Shown: piece after piece, positions 1-10,439 of the stretch
How positions within the stretch are numbered: the first letter of the stretch is position 1
Layout of the letters: each line of letters opens with the position of its first letter
Source of the DNA: a virus
Lineage: Duplodnaviria > Caudoviricetes
Strand: one strand, 5' to 3'
Virus record (IMG/VR): IMGVR_UViG_3300026121_000008
Coordinates: 32,001 to 96,000 of that record
DNA length: 64,000 bases
Made by a program: the position numbers and the translations under genes
Notes under the pieces: model-generated
The model's database searches: none
The model's input: only the letters and a program-made list of their open reading frames with translations
Told to the model about the DNA's origin: nothing

Positions 1-1
1 G

Positions 2-2569
2 AAGGCGATTGAGAAAGAGCAGGGAAAAACCATCATCCCTGCGTTGGTCAAGTTAGAGGAAAAAGGTCCGCTCCAAAAGATGTTCCTCGCAGAGGAGGCG
101 ACGTATAAAGCGGATACCACTCAGCAGTCGTTGCTGGATCGTTTGATTCAGAAGAAGGCGGAAATCGATCAGGCGGCAACACTCGAAGAATCGACGCGGG
201 GTACTGCTGCAAACGAGTCGGCCAAACGTCTCTTGGAAAGAAAAAATGCGGAATTAGAATTCATTCAAGCCCAATTTGTCAGCATCCACGGGACGAATGA
301 GGCGGCAGCGGCGGAGGTCAAACTCTTCGAGGCGCAAAGCAAAAAGTGGGCCGCACAACGAGAAGTGTCGCGCACGCTGGAAGAACCGACAACAAAAGAA
401 AACAGCATCAAAGCCACCGACGCCTTGGCCGAGGCGGTGAAAAACGAGAAAAATGCGTGGAGTGATCTGGAAGCGGCCATCCGTAGCAATGTCAAGTTAG
501 ATCCCTACCAGCGGCAACAGCAAGTCGAGACCGCCGCACGAAACCGCCAACGTCGGGAAGATCAGGAGTTCGGAGATCGGGTGCGGGAGGCGAAGAAGCA
601 ACTCGGGCTGGACAAGTTCACGTTCCCCTTGGGGGGCACGGATGATACCGAACTTGCGGCGTTTACGCAAGGAGCTAAGAATTTTGAATTGGTGCTGGAA
701 GAGCGGACGAAGTCCCTTGCGTTGAAGACCCAAGCAGGAGCCGAACAGGCGAGGCAATCCGGGAAGACCCTGAAAGAGGCGTTGAAAGTCGTGTCCGAGT
801 CCGTCACAGACGCCTCGTCTGCCGAATTTCGGGAGTTGGTCAATAAGTATATCGCGTCCACAGGAGACGTAGCCACCGCGACCACGGCTCTGGGCAGGGC
901 CGCGCAAAATGCTCGACAAGCCCGATTGGCGTTCGCCGCTCCAGTTATCGCAGAACAGCGAGAAATTACCACGGATGCCACGAATAAGCGTATTGCTCAG
1001 GCCCAACGCACGGTCAACAGTCTTAACACGCAGGGACAGGTTCAGGGCAACGCCCTCGAAAATCTTCAACGACAGAATTTGATCCGGCTGGACGATTACT
1101 ATCGTCAACGGATGGATCGCATTAGGGAACAAGGGGAAGCGGAGATTAACCTTCAAGAAGAACAGATCAACCAAGCGTTGGAGTTACAGACACTGGCGAT
1201 CAAGTCGCGTGACCCGAAGCAGATCCGAGATGCAGAAGCGGCAGTCGCGAGGGAGCGGGAACAGGCCCGTGTGATTACCGGGAAAACGGAAGCCGAACTT
1301 GATAGGGAACGGCTCGACCGTGATGAGCGGCGTCGGGTGATGAACAAGGAGATCGAAGCGGGACTGATTGCTCAGAGTGCTCAATTTGGAGGGCAGAAGG
1401 AAGCCCTGATCCAATTGAACTACCAGTTGGATGAAGAGTACGACAAATTGTGGATTCTGGGGAATCCGCTGGCGGATCAACTCATCAAGATGAAGCGGCT
1501 CTCTGGTGAAGCAGAGATTGTCCGGAAAGAACGGGAACGCGCCCATCAGATTGAACTGGGGATTCAGACGGCCATCCAAGGCCAATTGGATTTACGACAG
1601 CAGATGCGGTCGGCTGAAGGAGCCAGTGACCGTCTGTTGAATCAACGGGGACGGATAACCGATGTGGAATTGACACGCCGGAACAATGAACGGGTACGAG
1701 AGGAAATGGCCGATAATCGGCAGCGACGACTGTCACAAGAAGAGCAACTGGCGAGTAACATTGTTGATTTCAAACGACAAGAAGGCGAATTGGTAATTCT
1801 GAGAGTCCAGCAAGGCTATGATGCCGTTGAGATCAATCAGCAGTTGCTTGTGCTGGAGCAGCAACATGCAGCGGCAATTCTCCAAAGTAAATTAGAGTTG
1901 GAGGGACTCAATACGGAATACGTAAACTTGGGGACTCAGATTGAACTCCAGAGTACCCGCATCCGAAAATCTATCGAAGATGGGTTCACTGACGCGATTA
2001 CCCGGACGATTGTCGATTTCAGGAAGGCCGGGGAAATCTGGAAACAGATGGCGAATCAGATCGTCAATGAGATTGTCAGCATTTTTGTGCGGTCTTTTGT
2101 GCAACGCGGCATCATCAATATGCTGGCGGCGTTTGGTGGCAGCGGTGGAACCGTGGGAAGCCTCGGTCGGGGATTCGTACCCGGTCGTGCTGAAGGCGGG
2201 GTTATCAGTGGCCCCGGTACCGGCACCAGCGATTCGGTGCCTGCGATGCTCTCCACGGGAGAGCACGTCATGCCTGCCTCCAAAACAGCCCAGTGGCTCC
2301 CCCTGCTGGAAGGTATCCGTCTGGGGAAGATCCTTCCCTCCTACGCCTTGGGCGGGGTGGTGGCGTTGCAATCAATTTCACTGCCTTCGGTCATCCCCCG
2401 TCGCTACGCCAACGGAGGCGTCGTGGTGTCTGATGGCGGGGCCTCTGCGGTGACCCCCGGAGGCGGTGGCCCCAGCAATATGGTGGTGTCCCTTCACCCG
2501 GATGCCATGAATATGACCCTCAGAGAGTGGTTGGAACACGAAGTCGTGCGTCAACAAGGGAGACGGTAA
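2..2569 (+). CDS. Tail tape measure protein, 3' part (frame open to the window edge)
   Basis: Long Ala/Glu/Gln/Arg-rich helical protein ending in the typical TMP C-terminal motif GRAEGGVISGPGTGTSDSVPAMLSTGEHV; followed by tail genes. Confidence 0.85.
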   Translation, partial: KAIEKEQGKTIIPALVKLEEKGPLQKMFLAEEATYKADTTQQSLLDRLIQKKAEIDQAATLEESTRGTAANESAKRLLERKNAELEFIQAQFVSIHGTNEAAAAEVKLFEAQSKKWAAQREVSRTLEEPTTKENSIKATDALAEAVKNEKNAWSDLEAAIRSNVKLDPYQRQQQVETAARNRQRREDQEFGDRVREAKKQLGLDKFTFPLGGTDDTELAAFTQGAKNFELVLEERTKSLALKTQAGAEQARQSGKTLKEALKVVSESVTDASSAEFRELVNKYIASTGDVATATTALGRAAQNARQARLAFAAPVIAEQREITTDATNKRIAQAQRTVNSLNTQGQVQGNALENLQRQNLIRLDDYYRQRMDRIREQGEAEINLQEEQINQALELQTLAIKSRDPKQIRDAEAAVAREREQARVITGKTEAELDRERLDRDERRRVMNKEIEAGLIAQSAQFGGQKEALIQLNYQLDEEYDKLWILGNPLADQLIKMKRLSGEAEIVRKERERAHQIELGIQTAIQGQLDLRQQMRSAEGASDRLLNQRGRITDVELTRRNNERVREEMADNRQRRLSQEEQLASNIVDFKRQEGELVILRVQQGYDAVEINQQLLVLEQQHAAAILQSKLELEGLNTEYVNLGTQIELQSTRIRKSIEDGFTDAITRTIVDFRKAGEIWKQMANQIVNEIVSIFVRSFVQRGIINMLAAFGGSGGTVGSLGRGFVPGRAEGGVISGPGTGTSDSVPAMLSTGEHVMPASKTAQWLPLLEGIRLGKILPSYALGGVVALQSISLPSVIPRRYANGGVVVSDGGASAVTPGGGGPSNMVVSLHPDAMNMTLREWLEHEVVRQQGRR

Positions 2570-2979
2570 TGCCACTGCAGTTTAGCGATACCCTGCGGAA
2601 CAACCGCATCAATCAGGTGGAGACGACCATCGGCAGCAGTCCGACCCTCCGCATCATGTCCGGAGCCATGCCTGCCAACTGTGCGGCGGCTGATGCGGGC
2701 ACGCTGCTGTGCTCGATGGTCCTGCCTGCCGACTGGCTCTCCAATGCCGCCTCTGGTGTCAAGTCCAAACAGGGGACGTGGACGGGCACTGCTGACGTGG
2801 CGGCAGGGGCAGGCACCAATGCAGGCTATTTCCGCCTGAAATCCGGAGCCACCACCCACTGTCAAGGCAACATCACGGTGTTCGGGGGAGGTGGGGCGAT
2901 GACCATCGATGACATCACGATCATTGCTGGCCAGCCGGTGAACGTGACGACCTTCGTCCTGACGGATGGCAACCCCTAG
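2569..2979 (+). CDS. Putative phage tail/structural protein (MPLQFSDTLRNNR...)
   Basis: ATG overlaps the TMP stop (TAATG); beta-rich, resembles small phage tail proteins. Confidence 0.65.
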   Translation: MPLQFSDTLRNNRINQVETTIGSSPTLRIMSGAMPANCAAADAGTLLCSMVLPADWLSNAASGVKSKQGTWTGTADVAAGAGTNAGYFRLKSGATTHCQGNITVFGGGGAMTIDDITIIAGQPVNVTTFVLTDGNP

Positions 2980-2985
2980 CAGGCC

Positions 2986-3498
2986 ATGGCGAACAATCTG
3001 GACCTGACCCAGACCGCAGACCCCGTCGTACTGGCGGGGACCGTCGCCCAGCATGAGCGCAACGTCGCGTTGGACCAGACCTGTGCGGCGACCTTGTCGG
3101 GCATGTTGGTCAAGGACCGGGCTCTGCATTTTGATCAGACGTGTGCCCCGGTCGGACTGACGTTCACGGCAGGGCTGGGCCGGGTGTTCAAGTTCGATAG
3201 CTCGACGGCAGAAGCCCGACTGACATCGTGGGTCGAAGTGGGTGATCCCCCGCTCCGTCCGCCCCGAAAGCCGGGTCTGTACAATCTGACGGGACGGGTG
3301 CTGGATTCGGGCGGAGCCATCCTGTCGTTCATCGGCCCGCCTTGGAGATCGGTGGAGTGGCGCATTATCAGTGGCACCGGGACGCTGACGCCCTTCACCG
3401 CGTACACCGATGCCCTCGGTCGGAGTTCGTGTCGGTTTGATGCCGGGTGGCATGGGCACAAGGTCGTGGTCGTCGTCGGCGTAGCCTACGTTCCGTGA
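2986..3498 (+). CDS. Putative virion protein with C-terminal Ig-like (invasin/Big_1-type) segment
   Basis: VEWRIISGTGTLTPFTAYTDALGRSS resembles the W...G.L.....TD..G.A pattern of bacterial Ig-like domains. Confidence 0.55.
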   Translation: MANNLDLTQTADPVVLAGTVAQHERNVALDQTCAATLSGMLVKDRALHFDQTCAPVGLTFTAGLGRVFKFDSSTAEARLTSWVEVGDPPLRPPRKPGLYNLTGRVLDSGGAILSFIGPPWRSVEWRIISGTGTLTPFTAYTDALGRSSCRFDAGWHGHKVVVVVGVAYVP

Positions 3499-3502
3499 GG
3501 CG

Positions 3503-4468
3503 ATGATGGCGGTGTGGAAGCTCGACGGCCCAACGGACGTGCAGAACCTGACCAATGAGTCGGTGTTCCTGAATTTTGGGGAATGGTATCCCTATGTTGG
3601 GCTGCTCGCGTCGGGGGGAGGACTGAGTTCGTTGGGCGTAGTGACCTTGGATGGGGTCTACCAACATCGTGCCACGTTCATCCACAACCTCACCAGCCAC
3701 TGGCCTGACCGGAAGAAGATGGTGAGCGTTGAAAGTCGCGGCGGGAAGTGGTTGGAACTATGGTGGGAGCCCATTGCCTTCATGACGCAGGCGACGAGCC
3801 CTGACGAAGTGGATTTTAGCATTCCGTCCCACACGAACTATGTGCGCCTGACGGATCGTCGGGTGTATACCTCGTTTCAACGGATTCACGGCATTAAAGA
3901 CGGCGTGGACACGATAGAAGGACCGCTTTTACCGGGATTCAGTGGCGCGTCCCCGTTTACGCATCCCGGTCGGAATCTGACGGAGGTGTTCATTTCGTGT
4001 GGGGGGGTCGATCCGCACGGCGTGTTTTACGACACCGAGCGACAGGTATTGTCCTCCAAGTACATCTATATCGACCAGACGCCAGCAGGGTTGATTTGTC
4101 AGGGGTTGATGTACGCGCCTGAATATGGCGTGCTGGTCTCGACCTATGCCAGTATCAATCGTGGCCTTCCTGATGTGAAGTTCCAGATCATCGTCTGGAG
4201 TCTGGAAGTCCGTCCCACGCAGTTGACTAACCCAGAGGTTTTTGAAGGCACTCTCCGCTCCGGTCAGTTTGTCACCTACCGCGTGCGATTGATGGGCGAT
4301 CAAGACGATCCTGCCCCAAATAACGTGGTGGTGTGGTTCCTAGAAGGTGCGGGAGAGTTGATGGACGTCCAGTCGGAGACCGATGAGGACGGGTACGCCA
4401 TCACGCGGGTCCGTTATGGGTTGCAGGAAACGGGCACGACGGTGCTCACAGCGAAGGTTTTATGCTGA
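3503..4468 (+). CDS. Tail protein A1 (beta-rich plus C-terminal Ig-like domain); paralog of 5483-6481
   Basis: Blocks shared with A2: VTLDGV, HPGR, GVFYD, VWSLEV.PT, EVFEG..RSGQ.VTYRV...GDQ.DPAPN. Confidence 0.7.
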   Translation: MMAVWKLDGPTDVQNLTNESVFLNFGEWYPYVGLLASGGGLSSLGVVTLDGVYQHRATFIHNLTSHWPDRKKMVSVESRGGKWLELWWEPIAFMTQATSPDEVDFSIPSHTNYVRLTDRRVYTSFQRIHGIKDGVDTIEGPLLPGFSGASPFTHPGRNLTEVFISCGGVDPHGVFYDTERQVLSSKYIYIDQTPAGLICQGLMYAPEYGVLVSTYASINRGLPDVKFQIIVWSLEVRPTQLTNPEVFEGTLRSGQFVTYRVRLMGDQDDPAPNNVVVWFLEGAGELMDVQSETDEDGYAITRVRYGLQETGTTVLTAKVLC

Positions 4469-5481
4469 GAGAAAACTGGCGTTCAACGATTCTCCCCTAC
4501 GAGACGGAAGACCAGTATAGGGCACGGGGTGGGACATGGGGGTTTGGATTTCGGTACTACCCCGAAAAAGTCAAACCCCCCTACGCCGAAGGGGCCATGA
4601 CCCAACTCTTAGGCGTGATCGCGAATGTGAATGCCTCGGAACAGATGCCCGGAGGCACGTCGGCGGTCTATGTGTTTGGGGTACCCACCGCGAGTTATTG
4701 GCCGGGGTGGTCGAATGCGTATTGGATGTGGGATGGGCAGACCGGAATCTTCATTCGACGCACGTCTGCCGTTGGAGGTTTTACCATTGGATTTGAGTGG
4801 CATAACGGGGTGATTGTCTCGCGGAATGGTTCGGTCTGGGGCCTTCATTACTACTCGAATGTGTTGAGTAAATTGCAAATTACGACTACTGGCGTGAAGA
4901 TCCTTGAGCAGGTTTCAGCGGATCGATTCGCTCCGACCATTTCGTTTTTCGGCGTGGTCGCCATTGATGACGCGAAAGACGTGTTTCTGAACGTCCAAGG
5001 GCAGACGTTACATGTGTTTGAGTTGAAATCGGGGAAGTTCAAGTACTCCATTCGTATGCCGGAATCTGTCGTGCAGATTTGCCTAGAAGATGACTCACGG
5101 TGTTACATCCTGATGGGCAACCGGGTGTTGGTGTTGTTTGACTACATGCGAGGCGAAGTGCTGGGGGCCGCTAAAGTACCTCAACTCAAAGGGGGGACGA
5201 ATTACGGCCCAGACCAACTCTGGAACAATGTGAACATCAGGATGGGGTATGACCGGATCTTCCGTCGAATTTTGTTCGCGGAAAACACGCCTGACAATCC
5301 TAATGGGTCGTCCACTATCGTGGTGCGTGGATTCTCAATGGTTAACGAACCCTACCGCCTGACTCGTCCTATTCCGTTGAAAGTCGCCCGAGTGGGACGC
5401 ACCATCCCGGTCCTCGTGCAAGTCGTGGACGACATGAATCAAGGTGTGGGCGGCTATATCGTGTCGGCGGAAGTGAAATGA
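4462..5481 (+). CDS. Tail protein B1 (propeller-like); truncated paralog of 6475-9003
   Basis: Shares MLRE.WR, DY.RGE.LGAAK.P.LK.G, PDNPNGS...VVRGFS.VNEP.RLT.P.PLKV.R.GRT.PVLVQVVDD.NQGVG with B2. Confidence 0.7.
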   Translation: MLRENWRSTILPYETEDQYRARGGTWGFGFRYYPEKVKPPYAEGAMTQLLGVIANVNASEQMPGGTSAVYVFGVPTASYWPGWSNAYWMWDGQTGIFIRRTSAVGGFTIGFEWHNGVIVSRNGSVWGLHYYSNVLSKLQITTTGVKILEQVSADRFAPTISFFGVVAIDDAKDVFLNVQGQTLHVFELKSGKFKYSIRMPESVVQICLEDDSRCYILMGNRVLVLFDYMRGEVLGAAKVPQLKGGTNYGPDQLWNNVNIRMGYDRIFRRILFAENTPDNPNGSSTIVVRGFSMVNEPYRLTRPIPLKVARVGRTIPVLVQVVDDMNQGVGGYIVSAEVK

Positions 5482-5482
5482 C

Positions 5483-6481
5483 ATGGCAGTGCGTCTCTTG
5501 GCCAAGTTCGACCTCCGGATTCCAGAGACGACCGCCATGGTGAACATGAACGTCCTGATGTGGCACCCGGCAGAGGGGTTGATTGCTGCCGGGAACGTGC
5601 AGGGAGAACCGGGGTCAGATGGCGTGGGGATCGTGACCCTCGACGGAGTGTTTCGAGATCGGGCCGATGAGTCGGTGTTCCAGTTGAATCAGGTGGGCTG
5701 GTGGCCCGCGAAGAAGCGCATGGTGGAGGTCTGGAACATGGCCAGCATTGGTCAGCCCATCAAGCCGGTGGAGATGGTGTTCGATCCCTACATATTCGGG
5801 CGGCAGAACGCGAATCCACCGGGGGTGCTGGCTGAGGGCCTGTATTTTCGCCGCTACGTGAGGTTCCCTGACCGGGCGGTGTACTACTCCGGGGGGCCGG
5901 GGGGTGATAAGTTCCTGCACGGGGTAGTCGGAGGGATCGATACGCGGGAAGGGACGGAGCTTCCGTTCTACTACGGAGATGTACATCCCGGACGCTCGAA
6001 CACGGAAACCTTTGTGGGGGAGGTGACCCGGTTTGTCGGAGACGATACCCGAGGCGTGTTCTATGACGCCGTGACGCACACGCTTTCTGACCTGTTGCAT
6101 ACCGGGGTGAAGTCCCGAGGGATCTACTACGCGACGGATTTCAGGGTGTTGGTGACGTGGCAATCTCCGGAGGAGACGCCGGGGTTGACCCAACACCAGT
6201 TGTGGGTCTGGAGTCTCGAAGTCAATCCCACCATCATGACGCCCGTGGAGGTGTTCGAGGGGGAGCCGAGGTCAGGGCAGATCGTCACGTATCGCGTGCA
6301 AGTGACCGGTGATCAGGAAGACCCTGCCCCGAATGAACTGGTGAACTGGGAGGTGACGGGCGTCGGGACACTCCTCACGCCGCAAAGCAAGACAGATGTC
6401 GAAGGCTTTGCCGTGGCCAAGGTGCAGTATGGCGTACAGGAGATCGGGACATCGGTGGTGGAGGCCAGCCTCCTGTGCTGA
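5483..6481 (+). CDS. Tail protein A2; paralog of 3503-4468
   Basis: Same conserved blocks as A1; Ig-like C-terminus (QSKTDVEGFAVAKVQYG). Confidence 0.7.
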   Translation: MAVRLLAKFDLRIPETTAMVNMNVLMWHPAEGLIAAGNVQGEPGSDGVGIVTLDGVFRDRADESVFQLNQVGWWPAKKRMVEVWNMASIGQPIKPVEMVFDPYIFGRQNANPPGVLAEGLYFRRYVRFPDRAVYYSGGPGGDKFLHGVVGGIDTREGTELPFYYGDVHPGRSNTETFVGEVTRFVGDDTRGVFYDAVTHTLSDLLHTGVKSRGIYYATDFRVLVTWQSPEETPGLTQHQLWVWSLEVNPTIMTPVEVFEGEPRSGQIVTYRVQVTGDQEDPAPNELVNWEVTGVGTLLTPQSKTDVEGFAVAKVQYGVQEIGTSVVEASLLC

Positions 6482-9003
6482 GAGAGATATGGAGAACCGT
6501 ACCTCTGTCGTACTACAAGGAGGGACAGCGGAAGACCGGGCTGGATATCGTGTATCACCCGGAGATTACATCGCCCTATATCGAGACGTTCAATACTCCG
6601 TTGGGGCTGATGGCGACGACGATTCCGGCTCCGAATGGCTACAGCGTCTACCTCGTTTCGACCATGGACGCCAAGTATCATCCGGGCTTCGACGTGGACT
6701 GCTGGCGGATCGACAGCCAGACCGGCGTGGAGATGGCGAAGTATGCCATCAAGTTCGTGGGCGAGGCATTGTCGATCTACTACATGACGACAGCCCGTTC
6801 CGGTACACAATGGTATGCCCCCGGTGGGGGAGGGACGCTGTATAAGTTCCACTGGGCCACGAAGGTGCAAGCCCTGAAGGAGGCGGACGACAAGCCCATC
6901 ATCGAGGTGGACCATCTGTATGCGGTCGATGGGGAGATGGGGCAGGCGCACTTCGAGAACGCGCCCACGATTGGGGGACCGTTCGCCATGGACGACCAGT
7001 CTGCCGGAGGAGGGACGTATCTCCAGCCGGTGGGGCGAGGGGGCGGAGTCGCCGCACTGGGCGTCTGGACTCTGACGACGGGCAAGTGGCGGTATGACAT
7101 CGTGGTGCCCCATCAGGTGATGGACATCGCGTTGGAAGACCCCAGTCGAGCCTATCTTCTGCTGGCGAACCGCACGGTGGCGTTGCTCGACTACACGCGA
7201 GGCGAGATTTTAGGGGCCGCGAAGATTCCCCCGTTGAAGGAAGGGCAAGTCTACGGAGATGGCGGGTTGCACTTGACTGCAGGAGCCCGGATTGCCTACG
7301 ACCGGATGTACAAGCGGCTGATGCTCATTGAGCCGTGGCCCGACAATCCGAACGGCAGTTGTGCGACGGTGGTCCGGGGCTTCAGTCTGGTCAATGAGCC
7401 GAACCGGTTGACGACGCCGTTTCCGTTGAAGGTACCGAGGATGGGACGCACCGTCCCGGTGCTCGTGCAAGTGGTCGATGACCTGAACCAAGGGGTCGGA
7501 AATTTCATCGTGGAGGCGACTGTGAGTGGGGTGGGATCACTCGTAGGCACACCAATCACCGACTACCGGGGGGATGCGCTGATCTATGTGGCGTGCATCG
7601 GCTCTCCGTTGTTCCAATCGCCTCCGGACACCTCGCCCCCTCCGTCCACCGGCCCCGGAGTCGGAGGCGACTTGGGCATTCCGGTCATCGGGAAGCCCAT
7701 GTGGGTGGGATTTTTTGAATTTCCACCTCACACGGAAATAGGCGACCTCGCCTACCTCCCTCCCGCGAACTGCCTGATGTGGGTGGACGAGATTACTCGT
7801 GTCGGCCCGATCAAGAACATTGTGACGGACGCAATCATCGCCCAGTGGATTCAGGGCACGTCGGTGGGAGAGATCAACACCAAGGTGGCGGCGACTTCCG
7901 GTCCTGCGGTGGCCTATTGGGACCACCGCGATTGGCCTTCGTGGCCCACGCTGAGAACCGGGGATTGGCTGGCTCTCCAAGCCTACTGTCGCGCCGAAGA
8001 AACAGCCGCGCAGTTTGAAGTGGCCATGCAGTCGGTCATTGCAACGGCTCCTTCCGGCAATGACATTTGTCTCGTGTGCCAGTGCTACACGTCGAATACG
8101 AACAACACGAATGACTTGGCGGGATTGGTCCCGGTCTACGCTCGACTCGCCCGAGACTTTCCGGAAGTGACGATGCTGCTGGTGTTCTCCGACCAAGGGC
8201 GAGCGACCGGCATGATGGATCACCCGGACGTGAAGCCCTACTGGGAAGAGTTGTATGAAGGGGTTGAAGGTGATCCGGGGTTGATGGCGTCTACGCTATC
8301 TTTCGACACCGGCTCATCGAGCGGTGGCATCGTGGGGACGGTGACGGTCATCGCCAAGATCCGTGTGCCGTTGGTCCCGACGATTGGCGTGCCTAGCGGA
8401 CAGTCTGCCACCACCCCTCCTGCGGGCTCAGGAGGCGGTACAGGAGGCGGAGGGACGCCACCCCCCACCACACCACCTCCTCCCGGTACGCCTCCCACAA
8501 CGCCTCCTACGGGTGGAGGGACACCTCCGACGACTCCCCCAAGTCCTCCGGGGACACCTCCCCCCGGTGGGGGCAATCCTCCGGTGCCTCCCCCCAACCC
8601 GGCTCCTCCGGGAGGTGGCACTGATCCGGGCACAGGCGCACAGGAAACAGCCCCGAATATGTATTTCAAAGTGCGGGAGGTGTACGATTCCCGTCCGTGG
8701 CGGTTGACGGAGCCCTACAAGTACGAGGCAGATGGAGCCGGGGCGTTCACGGAAGCGGTCACCGTCGCCATCCATGATGTGAACGCGAAGTTCGCACACC
8801 TGAGTCGGAATCCGGGACAAGTGCTCTACAACGGGCACTCCGTGGACTCTATCGCCTACAAAGCGGCGAGTGGCAACATCGAAGTCATTCAGGTGGTGAG
8901 TACGATCATGACCGGGAATGCGACTCCCGGCACCATCATGTGGCAGTGGATCAGTAGTTCTCTTGATACGGGCCAGTCGTTTTATCCCGTCCCTTTGAGG
9001 TAG
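6475..9003 (+). CDS. Multidomain tail protein B2 (propeller-like, Ig-like, alpha/beta domain, Pro/Gly/Thr linker, C-terminal domain)
   Basis: 842-aa ORF; N-terminal ~345 aa paralogous to B1; low-complexity PPPGT linker at ~8400-8640. Confidence 0.7.
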   Translation: MLREIWRTVPLSYYKEGQRKTGLDIVYHPEITSPYIETFNTPLGLMATTIPAPNGYSVYLVSTMDAKYHPGFDVDCWRIDSQTGVEMAKYAIKFVGEALSIYYMTTARSGTQWYAPGGGGTLYKFHWATKVQALKEADDKPIIEVDHLYAVDGEMGQAHFENAPTIGGPFAMDDQSAGGGTYLQPVGRGGGVAALGVWTLTTGKWRYDIVVPHQVMDIALEDPSRAYLLLANRTVALLDYTRGEILGAAKIPPLKEGQVYGDGGLHLTAGARIAYDRMYKRLMLIEPWPDNPNGSCATVVRGFSLVNEPNRLTTPFPLKVPRMGRTVPVLVQVVDDLNQGVGNFIVEATVSGVGSLVGTPITDYRGDALIYVACIGSPLFQSPPDTSPPPSTGPGVGGDLGIPVIGKPMWVGFFEFPPHTEIGDLAYLPPANCLMWVDEITRVGPIKNIVTDAIIAQWIQGTSVGEINTKVAATSGPAVAYWDHRDWPSWPTLRTGDWLALQAYCRAEETAAQFEVAMQSVIATAPSGNDICLVCQCYTSNTNNTNDLAGLVPVYARLARDFPEVTMLLVFSDQGRATGMMDHPDVKPYWEELYEGVEGDPGLMASTLSFDTGSSSGGIVGTVTVIAKIRVPLVPTIGVPSGQSATTPPAGSGGGTGGGGTPPPTTPPPPGTPPTTPPTGGGTPPTTPPSPPGTPPPGGGNPPVPPPNPAPPGGGTDPGTGAQETAPNMYFKVREVYDSRPWRLTEPYKYEADGAGAFTEAVTVAIHDVNAKFAHLSRNPGQVLYNGHSVDSIAYKAASGNIEVIQVVSTIMTGNATPGTIMWQWISSSLDTGQSFYPVPLR

Positions 9004-9005
9004 TC

Positions 9006-10439
9006 ATGCCATTTCTCAATGCCGCAGGACGCATCGCCCACGGAACCGGAGGCATGGGGGCGTTCCTCGATAACGTCGCCATTGATACGGGCGGAGGGGC
9101 GTGCTGGTACAACCCGACGACTATCATCTATCAGCATGGTGGGGGCGACGGGTATTACCTGAACTACTACAACATCAATAGTGGGGTGAAGTCCCGCGCT
9201 CATGATCTCGGCGCGAACCAGATTTTCGGGAGTGGGACCGGAGTCTGGGCGGCATGGTTGGCGGGAACCGGCGTATTCTCGTCTGTCGCGGCGTATGAAC
9301 TCCCCGCAGCGGGCCTGTTGGGGATGGGCGCGGACGGGGCTATGGCGTATCGCCCGGACTATCAAGGGTCCGGGCTTCGCATCCGGGAGTTGAGTGGCAA
9401 CGATTACTGGCTGAGCGATGGCCCTGCGATGCCCAAGGAACTGGCTATCGTGGGCCAGAATCAGGTGTTCTGGACGGAAGGCCCCAGCGTGGTGAAGACG
9501 GCGGGCTTGCCGCCTACGACCGTCTTGACGGGGCCGATCTATCAGCCCCATGCCGTGCTCCTCGATGGCTTGTGGTGGGTGGCCTACTACTCGTCTATCG
9601 GGGCCGTCCTGCACCCCATCAACTCCACGACGGGCTATCGCCCAGTGACTCCTGATCCTGCGGGGGATGCGTGGTTCGATATCACGGTCCTGAGCAGTGC
9701 GCCTCACACCATCCGGTTCGCGTGGTCCAGTACGGCAGGAGAGATTGCCGGAGACGTCCATTTTGTAGACATCAACGTCACGACGGCTCCCCGAACGAAT
9801 CTGGGCACGGGAGCGATTGTCCCGGAACACCCGATGCACCCCGGCATCGAGATTCCACCCATCAGTATTCAGGGCTACCGGACATTGACGAGTCAGGGGA
9901 CGTTTGAAGTCTACGGGGCGTCCGAAGAATTGATTACTCTGCCCCTCGAAGTGTGGCCGTCCTTCCCGGTGGAAGGGGGTTATGGACGGATCGTCCATCC
10001 GGTCCTTGGTGCGTTCGACTACGAGGTCAAGCCTGACGAGTGGGTGAACATCGATGCCGATGCCATCATTGCGCCCGTGTGGGCCTCGACACGCACGCTC
10101 ACTGGCGCGGCCAACGTGCTGTGGAACGGGAATCTCCGGGATGTGGTGGTGGAAGAGCGATGGAAAGCACTGGGCGGATTGGCGATGCCCATCACCCAGC
10201 TTCGGATGCTCATGGCTATCTGGACGATGCCGGTCGATCCGGACGTGGGGTATGTCATTTGGTACCCGAACTACATCACGCAAGAAGCCTTCAAAGTGCT
10301 CCCGGTGGGCTTGTCGTCCGGAGGGCAGGGCATCACCTTCGATGACGTGGTGAACTACAAGGACGAGAACGGAGAGCCCATCGGCTGGATGACAAATCCC
10401 GTGACGTTCACGCTCAAGCTGGTGGAGAGGCTGGTCTAA
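9006..10439 (+). CDS. Tail protein: N-terminal beta-repeat domain and C-terminal putative distal-tail-like domain
   Basis: Lies between the TMP and hub-like genes; N-terminus resembles that of 40927-42834. Confidence 0.55.
   Translation: MPFLNAAGRIAHGTGGMGAFLDNVAIDTGGGACWYNPTTIIYQHGGGDGYYLNYYNINSGVKSRAHDLGANQIFGSGTGVWAAWLAGTGVFSSVAAYELPAAGLLGMGADGAMAYRPDYQGSGLRIRELSGNDYWLSDGPAMPKELAIVGQNQVFWTEGPSVVKTAGLPPTTVLTGPIYQPHAVLLDGLWWVAYYSSIGAVLHPINSTTGYRPVTPDPAGDAWFDITVLSSAPHTIRFAWSSTAGEIAGDVHFVDINVTTAPRTNLGTGAIVPEHPMHPGIEIPPISIQGYRTLTSQGTFEVYGASEELITLPLEVWPSFPVEGGYGRIVHPVLGAFDYEVKPDEWVNIDADAIIAPVWASTRTLTGAANVLWNGNLRDVVVEERWKALGGLAMPITQLRMLMAIWTMPVDPDVGYVIWYPNYITQEAFKVLPVGLSSGGQGITFDDVVNYKDENGEPIGWMTNPVTFTLKLVERLV

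Noticed and set aside
8400-8640. C-rich low-complexity tract
   Set aside because: Encodes a Pro/Gly/Thr linker in frame; no separate function is supportable
3503-9003. Diversity-generating retroelement or invertible shufflon behind the paralogous tail genes
   Set aside because: No reverse transcriptase or invertase in the window; differences are not adenine-restricted; the copies are in direct orientation
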